Position numbers and translations under genes: made by a program
Part shown: positions 53,550-64,000 of the stretch, one piece after another
Position numbering within the stretch: the first letter of the stretch is position 1
Layout: the number at the start of each line of letters is the position of its first letter
Notes under the pieces: generated by a model
What the model saw: the letters and a program-made list of their open reading frames with translations, nothing else
Databases searched by the model: none
Told to the model about the DNA's origin: nothing
Assembly: GCA_030141605.1 (NCBI GenBank)
Contig: JAQGDQ010000094.1
Location: 186,001 to 250,000 of the forward strand
Source: Tubiluchus corallicola
Taxonomy: Eukaryota; Animalia; Priapulida
DNA length: 64,000 bases
Reading direction: 5' to 3'

Positions 53550-56500
53550 ATAAAAACATATTTTGTTCTGGGTAAATGCGTCTGGTGCAAGCTAAACCAA
53601 AAGTGCAAACTAGAAATTCAAAAATAAAAGGTAAGCTACAAACACACAATGCACTATGATAAAACTACACACATTTTTCTCTCTTCTAACACACACACTT
53701 TCATGCCCGCACGCACCCATCCACCCTGCCGCGCAACACACACGCACGCAAGCGCGTAAACACACACACACACACCCACTCACATACACACGCATACTCA
53801 TCATATTATAGTCTAGTAAGGTCTAGGATAAATGAAATCATGATTTGAGTGAATATCATCATGTTCGTGTGTCGGATGTTCAAAACGGGCCATTAAATGT
53901 TGTTTTAATTTAGACTTGAATATTGATAAAGAGCTGCTGTGTTTTAGTGATGTCGGTAATGAATTCCTAAGTTGTATTGCTTACTTAGTAATGGAATTCT
54001 TTCCATATTGATTGTTCGTTCTAATGTTTCTTTTATTTAGTGTTCTGTTATTCATCCTGGGGTTTTGAAGAAGAGGGAGCTTATTGTTTTTGAAAGGAGA
54101 ATTAATATTGTTGATATATTTAGAGAGAAACAGGAGAGTTTGATCATCTCTGTGGGCTTCCAATATGAGGATTTTCATGGAGTTTCTTAAAGAGGTGGCA
54201 GAATATTCATTTGTATATTAACTAATTATTATATAACTATTAACTATTAACGAATAACTATTAACTAATCGTAAAGCATGGTTTTGAAGTATTTTTAATT
54301 TGATGTAAGACTCTCTTTTCACTTTTTGGAACAGTATGTAGGCATATAAATAATGGGGTAAAATTGGAGTTTTGTAAATTAGAATTTTTGCTTGTTTTGA
54401 TAGCTGTCCTTGATTTGTCGAAGGTACGAAGTACTTTATGCTATCTTTTTTATAAATGTTGATGAACTGCTCTTCCCACGTAAGCATATTGTCCAACTTA
54501 ACCCTAAGAAATTAACAACTTTCGGATGCGCAATAACAGCATTTTCTATTTGCGATATGGCAGCTGTATTTTCAGCATTGTTAATTGTTGGAGATAATAC
54601 CATAAATTCTGTTTTATCACTATTCATTTTCAGCTCGTAATAATTAAATGCCATGTTGATATTCTTTGTCTTTTTGCACTGTTTGCACTGAGTACTGTTT
54701 TGTAGTGCTGATATTCTCATGAGGCAGATAAATATTCGTGTCATCTGCATATTGCGTAATACTTGAATGTTGTAGAACGTTAGAAATATTGTTGGTGTAA
54801 AGGTTAAACAGTAGAGGTCCCAATAGTGTACACTGTAGGATACCTCGTTGAAGGTTAGCCCAATCTGAGAATGCGATAGAGTTTATTTTAACCCGCTTAT
54901 TTCTATTTTGTAGGTAATCATTAATTAATTTTAATGCTGGTTGTTCAAATTCAAGTTATTTCAAATTTTCTAGTAGTAGTGTGTGTGATTTAAACTGTCA
55001 AAAGCTTTACGTAAATCTAAAAAAGCTGCTGCCACTTATTTGTTTTTATCAAGATTATTATAGCATCGACAGTTGAATGTTTTTTTTCTAAATCCGAATT
55101 GGTGTTTCGATAAGAGTTCATTTTGATTGACATATATAATAATTTGACCATAAATTACTCTTTCCCAAATTTTACTCATACAATGAACTATTGATACTGG
55201 TCTGTAATTTATTGGTTCATCTTTAGCATTCTTTTTGTGGATTGGTGTAATATTAGCTGTTTTGCATTGATCAGGAAACTTGCCACGCATTACTATTTGA
55301 TTTGTGATATAGGTTATATGTGGAGCCATTAAATGCATACTGTCTTTTAGAACTTTTATTGGTATGTCCGATGTGCCACTACCTTTATTTGCATCTAAAT
55401 TATTTATTACTTTTAAAATATCGGCAAAAGTAACACTAGAAAATGAAAATTAGTTATTTGTAGGTCCTACAGTTTTTAGTTTGTCTTTTATAGTATCAGT
55501 ATAATCGTTCTGCAAATTAAAGTTTCCGATGTTAACAAACGTCATTTAACAAATTTGCAATATCCATAGGTTTCGTTATTATGGTATTGTTGATTTTAGG
55601 TTCATTTACGCTGTTTTGTTTATTTTTGTATTTATTAATAACATTGTTGATCACTGTCCATTTTTATTTTGTAGTGGAGGCACAACTGCATTGTTCTTAA
55701 ACATATCTATTTTTTAGAATTTCATTAAGATTGTTGAATTTGTTTCTAGCTTTCTTGTACTTTATGTGGTAATTTCTGGATTTAGTGTTAAGCCATATGT
55801 GTATAACTTATTTTTATTATTTCTTAATTCATTAAGTTCAACACTTGTCCAATTGCTTTCACAATTAAGCTTTGATTTGATGTTCAATTCTTTAACTTTT
55901 TTGAAAGGTGCATGAAGATCTAAGCAGTATTGGATATTGTTTATTAAAATGCCTACTTGAGTATTTATGTTTGTCGTAAGATATATCTCGTTCCAGTTCA
56001 TTTTAGCTAAGTTATTTAAAACGTATATCTCATTATAGTGTGTGAAATCTCTGATAGTTTTCGAACACGAATTATGAGTTACTGCATTTAAGTGGAATAA
56101 TTTATCAGCAGTAATTATGAAATTGTGATCTGAATATTCACAAGATATTGTGCAATGAGCTATAAATTTGTAAGGGTCATTAGTAATAAAATGATCAATT
56201 AAAGTAAAACACATTTTACTGCACCTTGCTGAGTTAATATTCGTTGCTGATCGTTGTTTAATGTTTCCACATTAAATAAATTTAGAAGTTGTTTGTACTT
56301 TGCATGTGAAGCAGTATTACTAGTAAGTGTTAATATCAAAATCGCCAATAATTAAGATTTGTTTGTTTTCAAATACTGCTCTTTCTTATTCTATTCCGAA
56401 GTATTTAAAAAAAGTTTTTTAATTTATTATTTGCGGGTCGACTAAACAGTGCATACTAAGTAATCCCCAATGTTGCACCACAGAAATGCAATGGTATATA

Positions 56501-57050
56501 GATGGCTACTCTTCCTCCTCTTTTTTTGTTTTTTGTTCGATCCTTTCTGAATAATGTGTGATTTGGTAACTGCATTGAAGTACTTGAAATTTGTTTATGT
56601 AGCCATGTTTCACTTATGCCAATAATTGGATTTTCCGTGGCATGGGCTGTATTTTTTTAGATATTCATTTTAGTGAGCTTTGAATATTAATGTGTAGGAA
56701 CTTCAGATGTTTTTAATAATTACGAATAAAGCTTTTTAATTATGTATTTATTATTTTGTTATTGTATTTTGTTGGGCCTGGGTTACTTTCGATTCTTTCT
56801 AATATGAGTAGCAAAACAGTAATTAATAGTGCATGTGTAAAATTAGTATAAATTTGAATTTTAAACATTTGTTTCACTCTTACAATGGTTTGTATGCACT
56901 TATAGTAGGGCTGCACCAAACGCATTTGCTTTCGAACTTTTATATAAAGTGGTATTAGTAACGATAGTATTACAATGGTAAATAGAGTTAATAGCGCGAC
57001 ATATTACTTATAATACAGATGCCTTTATTCATCCACATATTTTCAGCGAT
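53550..57050 (-). mobile_element. Degenerate APE-RT LINE, copy 2 (CR1/L2/Crack-group)
   Basis: Fragments: IESNPGP, IIGDF, LIDHFITN, SDH, NYRPVS, QFGFR and KTEFM. Colinear with the element at 57569-60558. (CA)n-rich 3' UTR. Ends are approximate. Confidence 0.88.
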
Positions 57051-57568
57051 ATTTGCTGGATTCGAAAGTAGGCATACTGCTGTAATAAAAATTACAAAAT
57101 TGTACATAATTTGCTCGGCTTAATGCATCCATAATATATAGTTATGTAATATAAAGTTCCAAAGTTATACTGTGTTTTGCACGAAGTATAATGAGTAAAA
57201 TGTTGCATACTGTTAATTTTGCAGATTGCTATAATTATTATTAACACCCTTGGTAATTTCTTTGCTACGTTTGTGAAAGTTTGTATGCTGATTAGAAATA
57301 TCATATGACAAGGGAGAGATACAATTAATTGTATTTCACAGTTGCTTCCATCATTAAACGCAGGTCTATCTATTCTATATTGTGAAATAAAATTAATTAA
57401 GACGAGTACAGCAGTTATCGCGAGAAATTTAAATATAATAGTAAAATTGTAACCAATTAGTTAGATAACATCTAAAAACAGTAACAGGATAAAAACAGTT
57501 CAGTATACATTTGTTAATACGGCAATACTTTTTATTTCGGGGATCTAAATTACGCGGGCTATACATTT

Positions 57569-59839
57569 CTACATGACCTTAGCAACGAGTTCACGCATCA
57601 GTGTTTTAAAGGCATTTTTTAAGTTCATCTTGCTTTTTAATCTGATTGTTTTGTATGTAGGGTTCTGTGTTTGCAAAATCGTGTTGGTTTGCGTTTCTCG
57701 TGTATCCCGCTTTTTCATTATCTGTATGTGAAGACCTAACATCCCAGCTATCAATCTCAACGCATAGTTTTGAAGGAGATTTAATTTTAAGTAATTTTCT
57801 CTTTTGGTTTTTTGAAGTAGCGTACATCCATATAAGAAGTGTGGTAGAACTAAAGTTTTATATATTAGTGTTTTAGTTTCCTTTGTTAGTTGCTCTTTAA
57901 CTTGTCGGAGATATGATGTGCTAGATGCCATTTTTGTGTATATGTTATTAAAGTGATCATCCCATGAAAGATTATTGTCTACTTGTATGCCCAGGAATTT
58001 AACATTGTTAGTTTGTTTGATTACAGCATTATCTATTGTCAAAGTGGTTGATGATGCATCATTAGTATTTAATGAGGGTGACAGTATCATGAATTCTGTT
58101 TTGTCATTATTCATTTTTAGCTTGTAATGACTAAATGCCATATTTATATTTTTTATATCTTCTTCTAAATAATTTTTTGCAGTTTGGACATTTTCATGGG
58201 CTATGTAGATTGTAGTGTCATCAGCGTATTGCGTTATTTGTGAGTGCTTTAATACACTGGATATGTTGTTTATATATAGGCAAAATAATAACGGACCTAG
58301 TAGTGTTCCTTGCGGTATACCTCTGTTTAACGTGGCCCAGTCAGAAAAGTTGGTTGTATCTAACTTTACTCGTTGTTGTCTATCTTTGAGATAATTTTGT
58401 ATCAGTTTTAACGATATCGAATCTAATCCGATTTGTTTTAAATTATCGTAAAGTAGTTCGTGATTAATGCTATCGAAAGCTTTACTTAAATCCAAAAATG
58501 CTGCTAAAATGTATTGCTTGTTGTCTAAACTATGTCTCCAATTTTCTGTTGTGTGTATTAGGGTGTCAATGGTTGAATGGTGTTTACGGAAGCCAAACTG
58601 ATGTTTTGATAAAAGTTCATGTTTATTTACATATGAATTTATCTGATCATAAATTACCCTTTCCCAAACTTTGCCGAAACAATGGATTACGGAAATTGGG
58701 CAATAATTCATGGGATCACATTTTGGATCTTTTTTATGGATTGGAGTCACGTTTGCCATTTTACATACCGTTGGAAATTCGCCTCTCATAATTATCTGAT
58801 TAGCAATGTAAGTCATATGCGGGGCTATTACAGATGCGCTATCTTTTAGAATTTTGATAGGAATATCTGATGGTCCACTCCCTTTGTTGGAACTGAGGTT
58901 ATTTAATATGTCGTTAATTTCTCCTACTGTGACGCTTTTGAATGAGAATACTGTGTTAGACGATTTGTTTTTTAATTTATTAATTATATTATTGCTAATA
59001 TGAGAAGCCACTCCCTTAAAATTTCCAAGATTCAGGAATATTGCATTTAACGCGTTGGCAATATCTTTGGGTTTTGTAATAACAGTGTTGTTGATCTTAA
59101 TTTCGTCAACACGCGTTAGTTTGTTACGGCATTTATTTATTACATTGTTAATAATTTTCCATTTTTCTTTGGTATTTGTTGCGTTTTTACATTGTTGTTG
59201 TATATATTTATTTTTCAAGCATTTATTAAGATTATTAAATTGATTTCTCTTTTTTTTATAATTGTTATGATTGTTTTTAGTTTTGTTCTTTTCCCATATA
59301 TTATACATACTGTTTTTCGCTATTCTTAGTTTGCCAAGTTCAGGTGTTGTCCAGGTACTTTCATTATTGAGTTTGCTTTGTTGTGGGATTTGCTTTACGT
59401 TTTTATATGGTGCATGTACATTAAGGCAATATTCGACATTATATGTCAGAATATTAACTTGTGTATCTATTTTATCAGTCATATATATGGAGGTCCAGTT
59501 CATTTTTGCTAAGTCGATTAAGTCTGAATGTTTGTTGTATTGGGCGTAGTCTCTCATTAAATGCCAGACTGAATTTTGGTTATTATTATGCTGTGGGGTC
59601 ATTTTATCTACTAATATTGTGAAATGATGATCTGAATAATCACACGGGAAAGTATCATATGCTACGAAATTATTGTTACTATTCGAAATGAAATGGTCGA
59701 TTACTGTGGCTGATGTTTTAGAAATTCGAGTAGGTTTATTGTTGTTAAGTATGTGGACATTATATTGTTTTAAAAGCTCTGTGTATGTTTTGTATGCCAG
59801 TGTGTTTGTAGCTAAAATATCAAGGTTGAAATCGCCCAT
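57569..59839 (-). CDS. LINE ORF2, copy 1: end of APE endonuclease plus reverse transcriptase, C-terminus lost
   Basis: GDFN, IDH, SDH, QFGFR, FLDLSKAFD, GIPQGTLLGPLLF, YADD and KFLG motifs. Confidence 0.93.
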   Translation of the reverse strand: MGDFNLDILATNTLAYKTYTELLKQYNVHILNNNKPTRISKTSATVIDHFISNSNNNFVAYDTFPCDYSDHHFTILVDKMTPQHNNNQNSVWHLMRDYAQYNKHSDLIDLAKMNWTSIYMTDKIDTQVNILTYNVEYCLNVHAPYKNVKQIPQQSKLNNESTWTTPELGKLRIAKNSMYNIWEKNKTKNNHNNYKKKRNQFNNLNKCLKNKYIQQQCKNATNTKEKWKIINNVINKCRNKLTRVDEIKINNTVITKPKDIANALNAIFLNLGNFKGVASHISNNIINKLKNKSSNTVFSFKSVTVGEINDILNNLSSNKGSGPSDIPIKILKDSASVIAPHMTYIANQIIMRGEFPTVCKMANVTPIHKKDPKCDPMNYCPISVIHCFGKVWERVIYDQINSYVNKHELLSKHQFGFRKHHSTIDTLIHTTENWRHSLDNKQYILAAFLDLSKAFDSINHELLYDNLKQIGLDSISLKLIQNYLKDRQQRVKLDTTNFSDWATLNRGIPQGTLLGPLLFCLYINNISSVLKHSQITQYADDTTIYIAHENVQTAKNYLEEDIKNINMAFSHYKLKMNNDKTEFMILSPSLNTNDASSTTLTIDNAVIKQTNNVKFLGIQVDNNLSWDDHFNNIYTKMASSTSYLRQVKEQLTKETKTLIYKTLVLPHFLYGCTLLQKTKRENYLKLNLLQNYALRLIAGMLGLHIQIMKKRDTRETQTNTILQTQNPTYKTIRLKSKMNLKNAFKTLMRELVAKVM

Positions 59840-60558
59840 TATAAGAACTTTTTATTTTCGAAAACACTGCGTTCTAGTTCTTCACTAAAGTATTTGAAAA
59901 ATGTTTTGTGTTTGAGATTGGGTGGTCTATATATGGTTCCTATTACATAGTTCTCAATGCTGCACCAAACAGATTCAATCTTGCCGGTTCTGATGCCTTT
60001 CATTTCTTGTGGTCTCAGGTGTGAAGGTATATACATCGCAACCCCTCCACCTTTCTTATTTTTACATCTATCTCTTCTTATTAATGTGTGATTAGGTAAT
60101 TCTATAGTGTTGCTAAGTATTTGTTTATGTAGCCAAGTTTCTGTTGTGCCTACAATCAGATTTTCGGTGGCGTGAATTGTATCTTTCAGCAGCCAGTGTT
60201 TTTTGACGAGACTTTGAATATTTATATTTAGAAATTTGATGTTCTTTTTATAAGTAATCATGAATTTTTTTAGCTCATCACTGGTATTATTATTGTTGGT
60301 GTTATTATTATTATTATTTGGCAAAATGGGTCCAGGGTTAGTTGCGATACCACCAAGTATAAGTAGTAAACGAATTATGGTTAAAATGTAAGCCAGTTCA
60401 GAACATGAGTATAGAGTGCTTTCAAATTTAGATGAAATCTGTAATTTTTCCAATTTTTTTAGAGCTACGTATTTTAGATTGACATGACGCATTTGTCTTA
60501 TAGCACTGAGGTACACAACTTTTAAGATGGATACAAATCTTTTTAAAATAAATTGCAT
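59839..60558 (-). CDS. LINE ORF2 N-terminal part: leader, 2A-like motif and APE endonuclease; joined to the RT by a 1-nt frameshift
   Basis: LLLILGGIATNPGP, NIQSL, TETWL, RRDR, GGGVAMY and IYRPP. Copy 2 is in frame across the FENK..I.GDF junction. Confidence 0.9.
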   Translation of the reverse strand: MQFILKRFVSILKVVYLSAIRQMRHVNLKYVALKKLEKLQISSKFESTLYSCSELAYILTIIRLLLILGGIATNPGPILPNNNNNNTNNNNTSDELKKFMITYKKNIKFLNINIQSLVKKHWLLKDTIHATENLIVGTTETWLHKQILSNTIELPNHTLIRRDRCKNKKGGGVAMYIPSHLRPQEMKGIRTGKIESVWCSIENYVIGTIYRPPNLKHKTFFKYFSEELERSVFENKKFL

Positions 60559-60646
60559 AGAGTGTCTTATTCTATCGCTATTTACAGGTACGCTTACGCT
60601 ACATTACGTATATTCTTACGCTAGCTACAGCTAAGTCTGCTACAGT

Positions 60647-61998
60647 TTTTCTTATATGGGCATCGTCAAGATAATCGTATGTTACATGTCCTCCTATAAC
60701 ATGAGAAGTTGGGTTCACATGAATGAATGCGTCTGCACTTGTGAATGTATTTGTCTAACTTTACCCTGGGAACGCTCTTGCGATCTATGGTGGGCAGTTC
60801 CATGTGCAGATGTCACGCGAGATAAGTGTGAATCAGCTCAATTGAATTTGCATCTTTTTCTTCTTCCTGCAGAATTCGCAAACTCTCTGTTGCTATGTTA
60901 AAATTAGTTTCTGCTTTAAGTTTTCCACACGCTTGTTCAATTTTCAACTATTGTTGTCTTAGCGCTTGTTCACTTTGCAACTGTTGTTATTTTAGCCTTT
61001 GTTCACTTTGCAACTGTTCAAGCTTTAGTTTTGCATTATAGGCATCCACCTTTATTTTAACACTTGAACTCAGGCATCGTCGCGAACTTGCTTGTGATGA
61101 ACGAGTGAGGGCGGATCCATGGTCACTACCAAGAGAGGGAACTGCAGGGGACTTGGTTGCCATCTCTGTTGTAGATATGCCTACACACTTGCTCGCACAG
61201 CACTGTACTCACAGCTTTTGCCATCCATGTATTCACATATCTCATCTAATTCATATTGTTCGGTCACTAGTTGCTTCAAAGTCTCACAAGTGTTTAGAAC
61301 CTCCTCATGGGCATTTGTTAATGATCTGCCTTTTCCTTTATTAGCTCAAAATCGGCATTCTGTCGTAGTAGTGACTTCAAAACATTAATCCGTCTTGTCA
61401 TGTAGGCCACTTGACCTGACCTAGTTCTTTTTAACTTTTTAATGTTTTCAGATGGCATCAGAAATTGTTGCCAATCAGGAAACACAGCAGTACCCGTGAC
61501 AGTAGATTCAGCTCCCAGTGGGGTACCCTCACCGCTAATATCATCTGCTTGCTGAGAAATTTCCTTCTTTCTAGACTGCGACATTACTAATTCCACACAG
61601 CAGGCCCAAAGTTTTACAGCAACATAGCAGTAGTTTGCCTACAATCAGTGTCAACAGCAAAGTAGATCAAGCTCAGCTGTTGTAAAAATAAACTTTCCGT
61701 GGCAAATATCAGCATAATAGTTTAGCCAAGTTAATGATGTAATGACAGAAACGTTCCAACAAAAGTTAATACCACTTAAATACTTTATTGCAACAAAATC
61801 AGCACAGAAATGTCCCATGTTAAGTGTATTAACTTGACTGTTTACAGCACAGGTAAAGAACAGATAGGTGACTGACAGGTAACTCATTGAAAGCTCATCA
61901 AAAACTAAAATTACTAAGTAAATTACATTACTGCCACAGATAAAGCAATATATTGGCGCCACGTAAATGAATTTTATAACTAGATTAACAAAAAATTG
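60647..61998 (-). mobile_element. BEL/Pao-like LTR retrotransposon 5' fragment (gag N-terminus) flanked by 19-bp direct repeats
   Basis: LKRTRSGQVAYMTRRINVLKSLL, then Ser-rich and coiled-coil (KLEQLQSEQ) broken frames. CAGCTAAGTCTGCTACAGT at 60628-60646 and 61999-62017. Confidence 0.6.
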
Positions 61999-64000
61999 CA
62001 GCTAAGTCTGCTACAGTCATCAACAGCACATTTGGTCTATAGAATATACAGTATGTAAGTAACTCATTTTTCACTATTTTCTCCATAATTTTACGAACAC
62101 AGCATTTGTCACTGACAATTTACCCAGAACTAATTAACAAAAAATTTTCCGCGCGACTGAAGCACGGTGTACTCCAAAAATATGTGTTGCTAGTACGACA
62201 ACCGGTATGCTATATTGGAGATCATAGTTTTTGCCATTAAAAGAAAGTACTACTTTAAATTCTAATATAAATTAAAACTGAAAAAAACAATTTGCATCTC
62301 ATAATAATCCTAATAATGACATGATTTTTCTCCACCACAAAGGACTTTTGTGAAGTTATTTCTATCAGTTCTGTAGTCATTACTGTTTTTGTCATGGTCC
62401 TTTTGTTTTGCATATTCGGAAATTCAAACACTTTTGAAATGGCTTATTTAATGAGCCAAGATTTTTTGTTGTAAATTAACAAAAGTGAACATTTAGTGAA
62501 GCCCCTTTCATTTGATAAGCTGTGAAGCCAAGAATCTCTATAATTAACGTGTCTCAAGAAATAGCAGTCTGGTGACTAAGTCAGGTAATGTCGTGTCTGT
62601 TCAAACGAAAATGTCAATAGTCTCTAAATGACGCTTCAGCGTCTGTTGCTGTGCATTGTGCAGACAATAATAATGTTATAAAATTCACGCTGTGTCTTGA
62701 GATCACATACTGTAACGGGTGATCTTTCACTCCTTTCCGGAGAATGAATCATCAAAAGCTTTTTCCTGGGGTGGTTTCGTTGCCGCACAAAGATGCAGAC
62801 AAGTGTGCGTGCTCATTATCGACAGTTTGCTTAGTCCTAGTTATGTTTGCAAAGGCAGTGTATTTTTAAATAGGCAGATACATTTCAAATATATAAGAAA
62901 AATAAAACAAAAACATTAAAAAAATTGTTATTACGCTGGCATATAACAGTGTTGCGCCATCTGTGGTAAATTTTAACATTTTTGAAAACCATTGAATTTT
63001 TGGAATTACGTTTAACTTTGTAAAGATAGCAAACCTTGCTTGAATCACTCTTTCATCAAGGTTTCTATTACCGAATTTACAGCATAACCCCATTTACAGC
63101 AACCATGGTATACCCTCACCTGTTGTTGGCAATTTTAGCATACTCACCTAAATACCGTATACTTACTTCTGTTAAGAGTACAGACCTGTAAACCCAAGTT
63201 ATTGTTTAAGATGTTAATGATTGCGTCATGAAACTAATGTGAGTAATGACGTTCTGGGAATGGTTTTCTTGGGTTATTCATCATTTTATGATTTCACAAA
63301 TTTAAACTGTCATTGGGATATACTTATAACGGCAATGTGTGCTTATGGCTTGTAAAAGTCTGCGGATTCTATTATGAAATTTTGATGTATGGTCCTAAAG
63401 TAAAGCGTGTTGTGGTGTGAACATTAGTCGTGCATAGCAATAAAAAATGAAAAGCAAGTTTTTGCGGACTGGATTATTTAATTTTGATTAAAATCTTTAT
63501 TTGAGACTTTTATATGGTGAAATCAAGCTCCAAAAAATACCCTGTCTATCAAAATTAAGTAATACCGCACTGGTGAGCATGGGTTCAATGCTCGCTCTGA
63601 GCGGTTTCGTTCACCATACTTGTTCTAACTGTTTACTTCGTTGAGGTAGGATGTGTTCACATCTCAGCTGGTTCACTCTTGCAGGATACACTTCATGTTG
63701 AACCAAATTCCGATCCTGCCACACTCATCACATTAAGTAAGCACTTACATTGAGTGACGGATTCTATTTGCAGTGTACCGAGCTGTGTCAAGAACAAAGA
63801 TTAGCACACATAAAAAGAGAGCAGAATCACAAAAATTAGACTAAATTTTTAAAACAGAGATGTTTGACTGAACGGGATTCACAATCTTTCTGACGTTAGT
63901 ACAAAAAGCGTGAATATTACATTCCAGAAAGCTTCACAAAGACTTGGATAAGATAGAGCGGAGAGCAAGACGTCGTGAACAGGAGAGCAAGCCTCGGCAG

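Noticed and set aside
59839-59860. Programmed frameshift between APE and RT
   Set aside because: The break falls inside the APE domain and the second copy is in frame there, so it is a mutation or sequencing error.

Overview
This is AT-rich, intron-containing eukaryotic DNA, most likely an invertebrate animal; the species cannot be determined from the sequence. Most six-frame ORFs are artefacts of microsatellites or decayed transposons. The main result is two tandem, paralogous three-exon genes (about 1.0-3.2 kb and 6.9-10.1 kb, + strand) that only become clear after splicing. They encode secreted proteins rich in Gly and Tyr, with no Cys in the mature chain. They share a gap-free 90-aa core (42/90 identical by hand count) with alternating conservation, symmetric Pro boundaries and an intron at the same codon. 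I do not recognise this core; it may define an undescribed extracellular structural protein family. A third spliced gene at 44.9-46.7 kb looks like a secreted prepropeptide with KRR/RRR sites and a short Cys-containing tail. The rest is transposon debris: two head-to-tail APE-RT LINEs with 2A-like NPGP motifs, a Penelope remnant inside a LINE, a BEL/Pao gag fragment between 19-bp direct repeats, MITE and Helentron-type elements, tRNA- and 5S-like SINE heads, and microsatellites. All calls were made by eye, with no database searches.
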